In this document: piece by piece, positions 39,627-54,327 of the stretch | Position numbering within the stretch: the first letter of the stretch is position 1 | How the letters are laid out: each line of letters starts with the position of its first letter | From: the human T2T-CHM13v2.0 reference genome, Homo sapiens | DNA: 64,000 nucleotides | Reading direction: 5' to 3' (one strand) | Assembly (NCBI RefSeq): GCF_009914755.1 | Contig: NC_060928.1 | Notes under the pieces: model-generated | Told to the model about the DNA's origin: nothing | Seen by the model: the letters and a program-made list of their open reading frames with translations, nothing else | Database searches by the model: none | Translations under genes and position numbers: made by a program

Positions 39627-42410
39627 CAAGGTTCCTTTCAGTTCTAAATGAAAACATTTTAAGGGGACCCTGTTTTGGGGGAACAACAGTGAGAAGGAGC
39701 CTATCAACAGAATGTAGGTTCTGTAGTTTAACACTGATGCATCCATTTGCATGATCTGTGTGAGAATAGTGAAAAAGAGGAACCTTGTCAGCCCGACCTC
39801 AGACAATACACTTTAAAATTTTTTATTTCAAGGCTTGTAGGTAGAAAAAAGATTTATCATTGCTTTCAAGTTATATTTCTATCTACACAAGAGAAAATAG
39901 GTCTTTGAAATAATACCAAAGTCTGGGAACTGTCACAGTGCAATTTAGGAAGGATTGTAAGTAAAACTATTTAAGGATACAATATAATGCAAAGAGTCAA
40001 ATTCAAAGAAGAGAAAGACATTTATAAGTTTAGTAAGAACCCTCAGCCACTCTTTTTTCAATGAACATAAATCTTTTGGAAAAAAATTCCTACTGAGATT
40101 CAAATTACATAAACAGAGAAGAAGAGAGAATATATGAGTTATTTATGGCAGTGTTACTAAGGTAAATGCAAATGCCACTGCAAAATGGCTGTGCTCGTAA
40201 TGGTAAAATGTAGGTTATACACATATTTTCCCTAGCATCTTACTAGTGGATTTGAAAGTAAAACTACAATTGCAATTCAACTTGAAGAATGAGAAATGTT
40301 CCTGCCTGGGAAGAAGATTAATCTCTCTTTAATTGACTCTTTGATCAGAATAAAGATTTATAAGATGAAAATGCAATATGCCTCTGATAAGGAATTAGAG
40401 ATGATGAATGGAGAAGCCATTAGCATTATGGGGATTCTAGGAAGGCATGTGTTTCAAGACAAAGTAACCTTTATTGAAGCAAGGTAATTTAAGAAGTGAA
40501 CTTTTTGGTTAGATTCAAATTTATCTGCAAAGTACTTTCTAAACTTTCTAGTGACAAAATCCCAATTCTTGCATTGTTACAATGGCAGTTTAGAACAAGT
40601 TCTTCTGCCTTTATTACGTACTTGACAAAAACACGGACTAGCCTATAAAGTGCCATAAAAGCAAGGAGAATGTTGTTTATATTTTCCATAAAGGTCTCAG
40701 CTCACTATGAATGCTAAGTGGATGCTAAATGTGAGTCATGAAAATGCCTCTCTAATGAGTAGTAAAGAATTCCCAGAATAAGATCATGTCTTTGTAACCA
40801 GTGTCAAAAATCAACCTTCCTCCCTTTGTATCAAAATGGTTCCCAGAAACTCTGCCCATAATCCTTTATTATCCACAAACCAGGTACTCAGGCAATGTCG
40901 ATTAAATTAATTTGAGAGTTTTGTTGAAATAAAATGCCTCAGTAAAAAGGTTTAGTACAACCGATATTTCCAGCTCTATTACCATATTGGAAAAGATGTT
41001 TTTGTTTGTTTGTTTGTTTGTTTTGTTTCAATGCTATAACACTATCACTATACTAGTAAAATTCCAGATTCAGTTTCGGGGACACTCATGAAAACCGTTC
41101 TCCTGCCTACGGTCTCAATTTTTTTCTCTTTTCTTTCTTCATCCCACTCACTTTTCAATGCCAGCCCTGGTTAAATTCTACTTTGCATCTATACCCACAC
41201 AGCTAAAAATGGTTGGAGACCAGAGCTATGCCAGCTGGTCTCATTTTGAATTCAAGATCACCCAATCACAAGTAGGCCCTGAATGCTCTCCAGCCACCAG
41301 AACTTATTCTCCTATTCTAATTAGTTTCTCTGGCTCCTAGACAACAACTACACCATCTTTCTTTTCTCTCTTCAAGCATCTAGCCTCTCTACTTCCATTC
41401 TCCATTTCTGCTGATGACCTTGTTTCCTATTTCACTTAAAAAATAGAAATCATTTCACTATCTCACATCTCCTCACATAATGGTATCAGTTAAACACGTT
41501 CTATCTTCTCTCCTAATGCCTTTGATGAATTTCCCTGCAAAAACATTGACCCAGCAATTTTCTCTCCACTGAATCACTCCCAGCAGCACACAGACATGCT
41601 GTTACTTTTCCCAACCGAATAAACAAAATTGACAAACAAAAGGAAAACAAAAATCTCTCTAAATCTCTTAACCTATTCCTTCAACTGCAGCTTCTCTTTG
41701 TCTTATAATAGCAAAATTCTTAACAAATGTTGCCTACATTTGCAACTCTATTTATCTTCTCCATCTGCTTTTGAACCTAGCTCAAGTAAGATTTTGCTCC
41801 CCACCCCTCCACCGAGGTTACTGGGTCAAGGTCACCATGAGTTTCATATTGTTTAGTCTGCAGATCAATTCTGTCCTCATCTAACTGTACCTGTCTGCAT
41901 CATTTGAGAGTCAATTCCTCTTTCCTCTTTTGTTCACCTTGTTTTTCTGACTTTACTTTCTTTGTATCACTTCTTTTGGCTTTTCTGATTTAATCTCCTT
42001 TTCTGGTTTGTTCTTTTCTCTCCAATCACTTCAATTTTAGGTAGGAGTATACCAGAGATACATTCCCTGGCTTCTTCTCTTACTTATCTATGACTTTCTC
42101 TTGGTGATCTCATCTGGTCACTGATGACTACAGAATGCCCATCTTTGGCATCATGTTCTCTCCTAATTCCAGACCACATTATATAATACCTGCCCATTTA
42201 ATATTTCTATGTAGATATGTAATCAACATCTCAAAATTAGTACCCCCAAACAACCATCTAAAAATATACCATTCCTGCCAGGTGCCAAACTTGCTTTTTC
42301 AGTTTCTTGGACAAAAATTCTGGGACCATCCTTGAATTTTCTATTTCCCAGATACACTGCAGTTAATTCACTAACAAATTGTGTTATCTGTGCCTTAAAA
42401 ACATGCCCAA

Positions 42411-42708
42411 GGCCGGGCGTGTTGGCTCACGCCTCTAATCCTAGCACTTTGGGAGGCAGAGGCAGGTGGATCACAAGTTCAGGAGTTCAAGACCAGCCTG
42501 GCTTACACGGTGAAACCCCGTCTCTATTAAAAATACAAAAATTAGCTGGGCATGGTGGCGGTCACCTGTAATCCCCGGTACTCGGGAGGCTGAGGCAGAG
42601 AATTGCTTGTACCTAGGAGGCGGAGGTTGCAGTGAGCTGAGATTGTGCCACTGCACTCCAGCCTGGGCGACAGAGTGAGACTCCATCTCAACAACAACAA
42701 CAACAAAA
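42411..42708 (+). mobile_element. AluSg-like element with (ACA)n tail
   Basis: ggccgggcg start, full dimer, tail caacaacaacaacaaaaa. Confidence 0.97.
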
Positions 42709-42920
42709 ATTCCCACAATCTGACTCCTTGATACTAATACTTTCACATTCACCCCACTGGTCCAAGCTGCTTTACTGTCCCACCAGCATTATTATAGTAG
42801 CCTCCTAACTAGTCTCTCCTCTTCTACTCTTATCAAACACAATCTATTCTTAATAAAGCAAGAACATAAATCCTCTTAAAACTTAAATCATGATTCCAAT
42901 CAGAAACCTGCAAGAAATAC

Positions 42921-43438
42921 TGTTATGGCTATCTATTGCTGCATAAAAAATCATGCTAAAACATAATAGTTTTAAAGAAGTTATTATATCTCTCTGTGTT
43001 GACTTGGTGTCAGCTGAGTGGCTCTAGCTTGAGGCCTCTCATGTGGATTTTGGATGCTAACAGATAGTGACTGGGACTGGAGTCATCTAAAGGGTTGACT
43101 AGAAGGATGTCCTAGATAACTCATCCTCATGGCTGGCAGTAGGTGCTGACATTTGACTGGAAGCTCAGCTAGCTGTCAGATTGTCTATGCTTCTCTCCAT
43201 GTGAGTTGGGTTTCTAAGAGCGTGATAACTGAGTTTCAAGAATAAGTCTTTCACATAACAGGAAGTAGAAGATGACATTCTACAAACTGGGACTCAGAAA
43301 CTGGCACAGTGCTGCTTCTTTTGCATTCTGTTGGTCAAAGCAGGCACAAAATCTACTAAAGTTCAAGGAAAGGAGACATACCCTGCCTCTCAATGGAAGA
43401 AATGTCAAACCTTTTGAGACCATGCTTAATCTGCCATA
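42921..43438 (-). mobile_element. MLT1H-like solo LTR
   Basis: gctatctattgctgcataa...ggactggagtcatct...catggctggcagt...ttaatctgccata. Confidence 0.8.
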
Positions 43439-46096
43439 GTTTCCATATTATTCATAGTAGAAGGCAACATTCTTGCAGTGATCTTCAAAGCCCATTATAT
43501 AATAAGAACTCAAGATACCTCTCTGATCTCATCTTCTACTAACTTCCCCTTTCTTACTTCATTCTAGCTACTCCTCAAAGCTCCAAAGCCTTAAAGTTGG
43601 TTATTTTCTCTTTCTAGAATCCCTTTCCTTTGGTATTTATATATCCATATGGCTTGATCCTTCTTTTAATGTCTGTTTAAATGTAACCTTCTCAGGGAAG
43701 CATTCTCTGACAACCCAATATATATATTTGTTGTCTGACTCTTATCAATAAAAAGAAAGATGCAAAGTGCAGCAGGGAATTCTCACAATTTTATTTACTG
43801 CTGCATTTGTGGTGTCTAGAATAGTTCTTGGAACATTAAAGAAGCTCAATAAATACACTTTTTGAACGAAGAAACATAGTGTGTTTCTTTAATTCCTAGC
43901 AGTAGATTTATTCCATTTAACTGCAACAATTAAGGATTTTTCCCACTTGAATCACTTTGAGTTCACAAAAAAAAAAAAAGAAAAAAATCTATTTGTGGAA
44001 GAGATGCTTATTGCCCAAATACTTGATCACACTCAGAGAACAACTCCAGATACATCCAGCATTAGAAGAGTGATCTTCTAAATCTTAAGACAGACAACTG
44101 AACTATTAACCCTGGCAAAGATGGTATCTCATTAGGGAGGAAATGTGGCAGCAGAAGATCAATTAACTCTTTGACACCACCTTGGAATTTGGAGAATCCA
44201 AATAACTAAAGTAACTACTTTATAATATGCTAAGGTTTTGAGGTTTACAAACATATTTCCTAAGCTTTTTATGTACATAGATGTAAATCACGCTAAATTC
44301 AATGAATATTATAAGCTTAGAAGCCATCCACTGAATCCTTTTTGTTTCTCTTGACCTTTAGTTCAGTTCTCTATCCATCCAACCATTTTGCTCCCAGGAA
44401 ACACACAGAGCATTTACAGGTAAGCATTCACTCTAGTCCTTCATGTATGAAGCCCTCCTAAGATTTCTCACCAGAAGCTCAGTTTTATTTAAAACTACAA
44501 GATATAAGGAAATTCTTGAACTTTCAAATATACTGTTTTTATCATGAGTATGAGTCATTATTAAACATTATGGAGTTCACAATTAATTAATTCACATTTT
44601 ATTGTGGTTGTTTCTGATTATTTTTCAGGACTATGCTCTCCACACACCATCGTTTGAAACATTAGGAAAAATACTGTTGGTATAGCCTGTGTATGAAACA
44701 CAATGAAGTTTTCCAAAGACACTTTCGCCTGAACAAAATTTGACCCCTGTCAGTGAGATGTCAGCACTATATGTCAAATGAACTACAGGGGAAGCTTCTA
44801 ATATAAATATGTTATTGAAGACAAAGTCACTGGGCTCTTTGCAGCAGGGTCAGCTGAACCCAGGAAATATGTCCTACATTTTATCTGAAGATCAGCATAG
44901 AACGGCAGCCCCTGCTCCATCTGTGAAAGGTTAAAGTGATGTTCTTGCAGATGCAAAGAGGCAGAGTGCAAGTTTGGCAGGAAGAAGGGTGACACTGCAA
45001 AAAATGTCATTTAAAATGGGGTTGAAGGATGTCCAGTAACTTCTAGACAGTTGCTTCTCCTGGTATTAGGAGATGATTATTCACTTTGCAGCAGATTCCA
45101 ACTGTTTCATATTCAGTAGATCAGCATGCTTCAGAATCCTGCATTGATTATAATAATTCCAATTCTGTTAGCTTTTTTCGAGGGCTTACTCTGTGCTATA
45201 ACAATCAGCTGAATGAGGCATTATGTCACTAATCCTAAAACAGCACCAGGAGACCCTTTAATTTTTTTTCTAATGCATATTAATCTACCCACGTTAGTCC
45301 ATCTCTGCTAAAAACACCAGCCAGCATTGTCTCTCTCTTAAAGTATTTCAGTAACATCAAGGTAGCTCTCCTTGTTTTCATTCTTATACCTTAATCATTT
45401 CTCTATACAGCAAAGAGATGGATATTTTTATGGTCATGATATATCCTTGTGTGATCTGTGCCCTGCCTACTCTATCAGCTTAATTTCATATCACTCTCCC
45501 CTCAATTTCTGTGTTCTAGTTGTATTAGTCTTTTTCTTTTTGTAGTTTCTTGACTATTTCTTGTCTCTTCATCACTTACACATATTTTCCTACAGAAGAA
45601 AGATTTCTATACCTATCTCTTCTCCCTGCCCCTGGAAAACTCTATTCTTCTTTGTCCCAAATCTCATTAGACACTTTTTAAAACCATATGCTCCTTCTTA
45701 CTCGCATTTAGAATAACTGCATTTCAACAGTCCTTGGACAATTAATTTGTTTTCATCTCTGATGCACAAGAATGCAAGCTTTGAAAGGGCAGAGAACACA
45801 TCTTTTTGTTAATTTCTTACTTCCTTAGCAAGCCATTGTATCACCTACACATAATTAGCACTAAATATAAGTATTCAAATAAATGAAAGGCCCTTTATGC
45901 TTATAATATTAGGAAAAATTGACGTTTTGAATGAGAAGGATCACTTTTACAGAGAAGATAACACATAAAAACAGGTAAAAGATAGTCTTTGGAGGAACAT
46001 CATCATAATTTTTGGGCCAATACTAGGTAATAATAATGACTCCCAGAGAGGGTGACCATGGAAAGTAGCAGGAACTTACAAGCAGAACTGAGAGTC

Positions 46097-46180
46097 ATTA
46101 TATATATGTATACACATATATATGTGTGTATATATATACACACATATGTGTGTGTGTGTGTGTATATATATATATACACA
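46097..46180. repeat. Mixed (TA)/(TG)/(CA) alternating purine-pyrimidine microsatellite
   Basis: Read directly; contains nested palindromes such as tgtgtatatatatacaca. Confidence 0.95.
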
Positions 46181-46469
46181 TTCAGTTGCAGCATCAGTTC
46201 ACTTTTAAAAGAAGAAATGTTTTTCTCTACTCCAAAAAACATTGACAGAAGCGATGAAGATTAATGATTGTCCATGCTGATTTGACGTTTGTGAGGTGCT
46301 TGGTTCAGGAGCCTGCTCACTTTCCCATAATGTGTTTTCCTTCCTTAGCTGAATATGCTACTCTCTTCTCTTGCTCTTGGACTTGTTTCCCTGATATTTC
46401 CTTCTCTGTCCCCTCTTTAATGCTCTGGGTTTTTCCAGTGTTCTATCGTAAGCCTTCTCTCTCTTCATA

Positions 46470-47788
<1,319 letters not shown>

Positions 47789-48610
47789 TGACTGGCCTTT
47801 AATCACTAAAATTTAAAACAAACAAAAATCATAGTTTCTTCTTTATTTCATGTTGGCTTCTCAGATACATCACTTCCTACTCAAAGTATCTGTTGAATGT
47901 TTATTATGAGCTAATGCGTTATCCATTGAGTTGGCAATCTGGAACAAAATGGGGAAGATCTGTGCCCTCACTGAATTTATGAATGCAGAAGAGACCATAA
48001 GCCAATACATATAAATAAATTAATAAAAATCAGATAGGTTATGATTCTGAAGAAAAATCTAGACTATGTTATATAAGAGAAAAGCACAGGAGACATAAAT
48101 TTGAGGGGATCTAGAATGAGCTTTCTGATATAGAGGACTTACAGCTGATTTCTGAGGGCTGAAATATTTTAGACAGGCCAATTATATGAAGAAGAGAAAT
48201 CCAGCCCAAAGACAAGAACGAAGCTATGTGTTTCAGGTGGGACAGGAGTTGTGTTAAAAAGACAATCTGTAACCCACCTCTGGTTCACAAAATATCCAAT
48301 CATCAGAAAATTAAATCAGTGTATCTGAGCTGGTAATTGAAGAAACCATGTTGCTTTATGATTAGGGAAGGGAATGACCCTCCAAGACGTGTTTGGATCT
48401 TCAGGATACAAAAGAACATGGGGGTTTCTGGATATGCAAAAACCCAATACCTTGGAGGTGGCAGGAACTTCATTGGGTGCCTGTGTGGACCAGGTACTAA
48501 TTCTTACAACATTGGAAGATTTGATGATGCTTCCTGTAGTCCAGCTCGACATTGAGTTAAGGCTATTGAAAGGACTTCCCAGATGATTTCCAGAAAGGGA
48601 CTCGCTAGAG

Positions 48611-48804
48611 CAATGGTCAGCAAACTGTGGTCCATGAACTGAATGCCTATCTTTACGTATAGTTTTTGCAAACACAGCTACATTCATTTGTATTACCTGC
48701 CACTGCCTTCATATGACAACGGAAGATGTGAATAGTTACCCACAAAGCCTAAAATATTTTCTGTCTGTATTTTTTTTTCAGAAAAAGTTTCCTAATCACT
48801 ACTG
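48611..48804. mobile_element. MER58A-like hAT-Charlie MITE
   Basis: caatggtcagcaaact...aacacagctacattcatttg...cccacaaagcctaaaatatttt...agaaaaagttt. Confidence 0.85.
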
Positions 48805-51359
48805 TGACCCTTACTTTGTTTCTTCCATCTAGGTTGCCCTTAATGTCATCTTTTGACTGACAGAACCCCTAACTAATCAAGTCACAGCCCATGTCACTGG
48901 GCTGAGAAGACTTTAAAGAGTCCCTTTCTACCATCACCCCACAGAGCTGATCACTCCTATCCTATCCTGCACTGCACTTATCATAGTATCTCAATTGCAA
49001 CATTTCTTCTTCTTCTAATAGACTCTGGGTATTTTGAGGCCAAGCCCTGTGTCTCACTCACTTCTGTATATCTCACATACTTTGCAGTGTATCTTGCATA
49101 TAGCAGGGCAAATTAAGATTCAACTGGGCAAGGAAAGGCATCAATGTGAAATAGATTGGAGATTCCTCACTTGAAATATGCATTTCTGCTCTTTGGATAT
49201 GTCAGAATTTAATTGTAAGTTAACATTATTCTGCAATCACAGGTCTCATCAAGAATGTCAAGATTGTTTTATACTAGTTTACTAGCTTCAGAGACCATAA
49301 CAGTCAACTGACTCTATTAACACAAATGACCAGGGTGATTTTCAAATGAAAGATTTGTTTTTGCCAGTTCTGTGAATTAAATTATTTGGATATTTTGCAT
49401 TTCCATAAAATGCTAATAGAATCACTAATGTAATCCAGCAGCCCTCCTCTAGATATGCAATTAAAGTCCACTCCCATCTCAGCCACCATTTATCAGAAAC
49501 TTGCTGGCCCTGAAGGTCATCAGAATTTAGCACCAACCGAGTACAGAGAGAGCAGATGTCCTTTTGTAGAGAATTACCCAAATAAATTTTTTCTGAACAA
49601 AGAATTAATACAAAGCATTATAATAACTCACAAATATTTCTCAGGTGGAAGGTGGTTTTCAGGATAACTATTAAGAAAAAAACAATTTCAATCATAAATG
49701 TTCACAAAATTTTATATTGATTTTAAATAGCAAATGAGTTGGAACTGCTATTCCCTGATCAACTTGTGCCAAAATCATCAGGAAATAGTTACTGCAGTTT
49801 CATATTTGGCAGAATTTTATTTTGATTTCTTAGCAAATGCTTTGTCTCATTAGACATTGAGATATTTCTCATAATAATTGTAGAAAAGTGGTAAAAGAGA
49901 CAGTACCTATAGATTTCCTCCCAAAAAGGCTAAGCCTCTCTAGATAACAATAAAGAGTCTGTAACAATGACCTTAATTTAAGATTTAGTGGTCAAGGCCC
50001 AACTAAATGATCAGAATTCTTTTGTAGGAGTACATTCCAAATGATAAATTCTGTTATCTGTTTTCCTTAAAATGTTTCTATACTATAAGTACTTGTGAAA
50101 TAAACAAGCAAAAATATAGAACAAAAGAGAAAAGACTCAAAATGCCCTGGAGGTAAATTTTTTATAAAAGTTCATGTAGCCATACTTAAACAATAATTCA
50201 TACACAGCTTTAATCACTTGAAGTCTTACATAGCCATTTTCCTTCACTCCAGAGGCTGGCTGGAAGGAAAGTCTTGGTCTCAATGCTCATTCTCCTCCTT
50301 GTCTCTCTTCTTGTCTTCAGTTCACTGGAATTCCCTTAGCTAGGGGGACTTTCAGACTCAGTCTTTGCCCAAAGACAGATCAGAGTAAAAGCCTTGTTAT
50401 CCAGACCACAATCTTCCCTCTCCCACTGTGGCTGCTGCTCCTCTGTTTATCTGCTCTCTGTGAAGTGTGCAACAGCATGGCACCACTTTAAACCAAACTT
50501 CCTCCCTGTGCTGTCCTCTAGAACTTCTCTCAGGATAGCATTTCTCCTTTGATCATCAACCTCAACAAGAAGTTTGAGACTTTCTAATCTGGTAAAGAAT
50601 CTCACTCTTGGTGAGATATTTTCATTTATCTCATTGATGGCATATTTCTGTAGTATTGCTGATTACACTGACTACCTTGTGTGCAACACTCAACTCTAAC
50701 ATCTTGCTGTGGTCTGTCTTTCCATCCACTATTATACCTATTATTCTCTATTTTTAATACATACTCTGGTGGTATCATGATATTACAAAATGGAGATTAT
50801 TAGTTTCACATCCTCAGTGCAGAATCTTAGGCTGAGAGAGTTTAAGTTGAATGTCCAAAGTCACCAGTTAGCTGCCAAAGTCAGTATCTGAACTCAGATA
50901 TAATTTTAAAATATGAATGAGCCACAATATTAAAAATCAACAGTCTCTGTATGAAAATCTGGAGCTTTTGTTGAATTATCAGATGTTCACAGTATCTCAT
51001 GAACTTGCAACAGCCAATCAACCAGTGTAAAGTACCGTGGCATAAATCCACAGTGGCCAGGTCTGTGCCAGCTACTTTGAGGTTATAGAGAATTTTCATA
51101 ACATATAGAAGCTGGCCTTGGGAAGCTAAGAATCTTATTGAAGAGAATGAACAATGATACAAGAAACATTTTCAGAATTGTAGATCATTATCTGGTGCTA
51201 AAATAATTGGAAGGAAAAATGCATTAGTGACTCTCAACAACACAATTGGAGGAAGAAATAAATATGGGCCAGAATATCAATGAAAGTCACATGAATGAGG
51301 TGACTCAGAGGAGGTACGTTAGTCTGGGGATAGTAAGTCTGGGTTAATCTATTATTAAA

Positions 51360-51830
51360 TTATTAGCCTGGGTCTCCTTGGAAGCAGACAGTGAGACAAG
51401 GACTTGACTTCAAATGGTTTATTTGAGATATAATCCCAGAATATAATGATTAAAAAGTACAAAAAGGAGACAGGGAAGGAAGAGAACCAGGAAAAGAAAA
51501 AAAAAGTGGCAAGCCATTTAATATGTGGAAAACTAAGCATGTTACTACTGTAGACAATTGGAGTTTCATACCACTGGGAATTCTGGCAGACCATATACAA
51601 TATACATCAGAGTTGCCCCAGCTAAGGGATGAGAAAGATGAATCTTCCATTGACTAAGAGCTGCTCAAAGTGGTATTAACTCTTCATTGCTGCTGGTCAC
51701 CTATACACAGATGGAATTTGCTCTGCTAGACAGAGAAGATTTTAACGTGGCTGTGTTTTTCATTCAGAGATGCAGAGATGAGTGCTATGAGGATGTGAGT
51801 GGGTCACTGATAGTCAGCAATAGGTGGGAC
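51360..51830 (-). mobile_element. LTR16-like ERVL LTR
   Basis: ggaagcagacagtgagacaagga...tggtttatttgaga...atcccag. Confidence 0.65.
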
Positions 51831-52550
51831 CAAAAAAAAAACAGAGAGAGAGAGAGAGAAAGAGAGAGAGATTTTGGAAAAAGAAGAGGAAAAGAGAGTT
51901 ATTTTTATATGATAGAAATTTAAGTATGCACATGAAGGTGAAGTGAGTCCAAATAATCACCCCTAATGTATATCATTTTATAATGTATAAATTGCTTTCA
52001 CATATGAAATATTAAATCGAGTACTTTATATGCTATTGTGAGAGGACTAATAGAGGAGACCAAATCTCAGAGGGCTTATTGAAGAGTGATGAAAACTAAA
52101 ATTGAGTAAGTCTGTGTTCTAGATACCCCACAAAGTAGATAAAAAGATTAGTCCTTCTCATGGCACAGAAAAGAAGGAGCACCGGTGGATTTGAATAGGG
52201 AAGGGCTATGATAAATGCAGCATTTCAGAAGGATTTTTGACAACTATGTAGCCATTCATTCATTTGTTGTAGAAATATTTGTTAGTTACCCTCTATGTGC
52301 CAGATGCTGAGAAAGAATTAAACTGTGAATAAGATGCAAGAGATGCACATGCAGACAAATAATAGCAAGACTAAGGGTTCGTGAAAAAGAAGGAAAACTG
52401 TGACACAAATAGGGACATTCATTGGTGGCAGGAGAAACTGGAATTCAGAGAATAGACAGAGAGTATTTTTTGTAGTAAATCCATTGGCGGTTCTGTGACT
52501 TCCTAAAAAAGGAAAAGTATCAGGGCAATTGTAGAGAAAATGACGGAGAA

Positions 52551-53006
52551 TGTAGCAGGCATTGTTAGTTGCCTAAACCAGTAGGCTTGCTAACAAAATT
52601 CCAGTTTATTTGGGATTGCAATGGGGCCAGCCCCAGAGATGAAAATATGATACACGTGACACAACCAATCAAGACAATCATTTTCTTTGCCTGATATATC
52701 CAGCCTCTCTTGAAGCTAGAAGAAACTGTGTGGAGCTATATATGGCCAAAGATATTTTCAGAAATACGATGGGGATGGAGATATGAATGTAGTTCTCTCT
52801 GATAAAAATAAATATCATTTGTTCCTACCTTGTATATTGAAGCATAGCCCAAGAACATGATTCTTAGACCTTTTCTTGTGGCTGGGTGTAGTGACTTGAA
52901 TAAAGAAAAAGAGGCAGTATGATCACAATAGCTGAGCAAAACAATGGGGAAACCCTGGAACTTTATTGCCTAACTAAGCTCCTGAACAAGCCCTGTAATT
53001 ACAGGC
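52551..53006 (+). mobile_element. Ancient ERVL-type LTR (LTR33/LTR16-like), cut by the downstream L1
   Basis: tgtagcaggcattgtt start; ccagcctctcttgaagctag. Confidence 0.45.
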
Positions 53007-53020
53007 CACTGTTTTGTTTT

Positions 53021-53651
53021 GTTTTGTTTTGTTTTTCTTTTACTTTAAGTTCTGGGGTACATGTGCAGAACACGCAGGTTTGTTACATAGGTATACATTG
53101 GCACGGTGGTTTGCCACACCTATCAATCCGTCATCTAGGTTTTAAGCTCTGCATGCATTAGGTATTTGTCCTAATGCTCTCCCTCCTCAGCCCCCCACTC
53201 CCCCGACAGGCCAGTGTGCGATATTCCCTTCCCTGTGTCCATGTGTTCTCATTGTTCAGCTCTCACTCATGAGTGAGAACATGCAGCGTTTGGTTTTCTG
53301 TTCCTGTATTAGTTTGCTGAGGATGATGGTTTCCAGCTTCATCCATATCCCTGCAAAGGACTTGAACTCATATTTTTATGGCTGCATAGTATTCCATGGT
53401 GTATATGTGCCACATTTTCTTTATCTGGTCTATCATTGATGAGCATTTGGGTTGGTTCCAAGTCTTTGCTATTGTAAATAGTGCTGCAATAAACATACGT
53501 GTTCATGTGTCTTTATAGTACAGTGATTTATAATCCTTTGGGTATATACCCAGTAATAGGATTCTGGGTCAAATGGTATTTCTGTTTCTAGATTGTTGAG
53601 GAATCACCACACTGTCTTCCACAATGGTTGAAGTAATTTACACTCCCACTG
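53021..53651 (-). mobile_element. 5'-truncated L1PA8-like 3' end
   Basis: catctaggttttaagc...gcatgcattagg diagnostic. 14-bp TSD cactgttttgtttt at 53007-53020 and 53652-53665. Confidence 0.96.
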
Positions 53652-53779
53652 CACTGTTTTGTTTTAAGTTTATGATTATTTGGATTTTTCTAGGCACTCT
53701 TATTCAATATTCTACTACATGTAGCTACAATCTTTCCTGTTACAATAAGTGTAACACTGTATAAAAGCACTGTCCTAAA

Positions 53780-54325
53780 AGAAACAGAAATGGCAAGTGG
53801 CAATGGGTTTAGCTGGTGACATATTTAAATTTTTTTATTATACATATTTAAATTAAAGGAGTAGTTCTAAAAGTGAATATGATATAAATGGTTCGAAAAT
53901 ACCACATGGAAGAGTCATTCTAAGTTGGCCGATAAGGTTTGAGTAATGTTTCATGTACAACAGGAAAGGAGATTTCTAAGAGAATGCCTAAGATAATTTG
54001 CTGTTGACCTTGTTTTTGTCAACATTTCCTTCTAAGCTTTTTGGTTAAAGACAAAGAAAACATACATACTATATTGCAAGTGAATCACATATTAGATAGT
54101 TGATACCTTGCTTCAAATAATTGAGACTCTAAAAATATTTCGGCTAGAAAAATAACCTAAAATATAGCAGATGAAACAAAATATTGGAAAAAATATAAGC
54201 TTTTAGAATTAGATCCCTTAAACAAGCACTTAAACAATGCAGCTAAATGTTACAATTCAATAGCAGTTGATGTGAAAATGACATATGTTATTTGGCTACT
54301 TTAAAACTCAATGTAAGTCAAATGT
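53780..54325 (+). mobile_element. L3/CR1 LINE relic
   Basis: cttgtttttgtcaacattt...aaagacaaagaaaacat...ttgcaagtga...gatgaaa...ataagcttttagaattag parallels the CR1 RT-region consensus. Confidence 0.55.
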
Positions 54326-54327
54326 AT

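Larger units (their letters stand above)
41130..43873 (+). mobile_element. Long L2a-like 3' fragment interrupted by an Alu and an MLT1
   Basis: Pyrimidine-rich L2 motifs (gctgatgaccttgtttcctatttcact, gtcaaggtcacca, agcctcctaactagtctc) ending in gctcaataaata...tgaa. Confidence 0.85.

Noticed and set aside
37655-44640. Plus-strand splice-like sites (ttccacag| at ~37670, ag|gtaaga at ~37940, cag|gtaagc at ~44419, tttttcag| at ~44628)
   Set aside because: I could not assemble a consistent exon chain or recognisable ORF; such motifs are frequent in AT-rich DNA.
48316-48687. 123-aa ORF and neighbours as a possible pseudogene
   Set aside because: It partly overlaps MER58A, resembles no protein I recognise, and has no poly-A or TSD.
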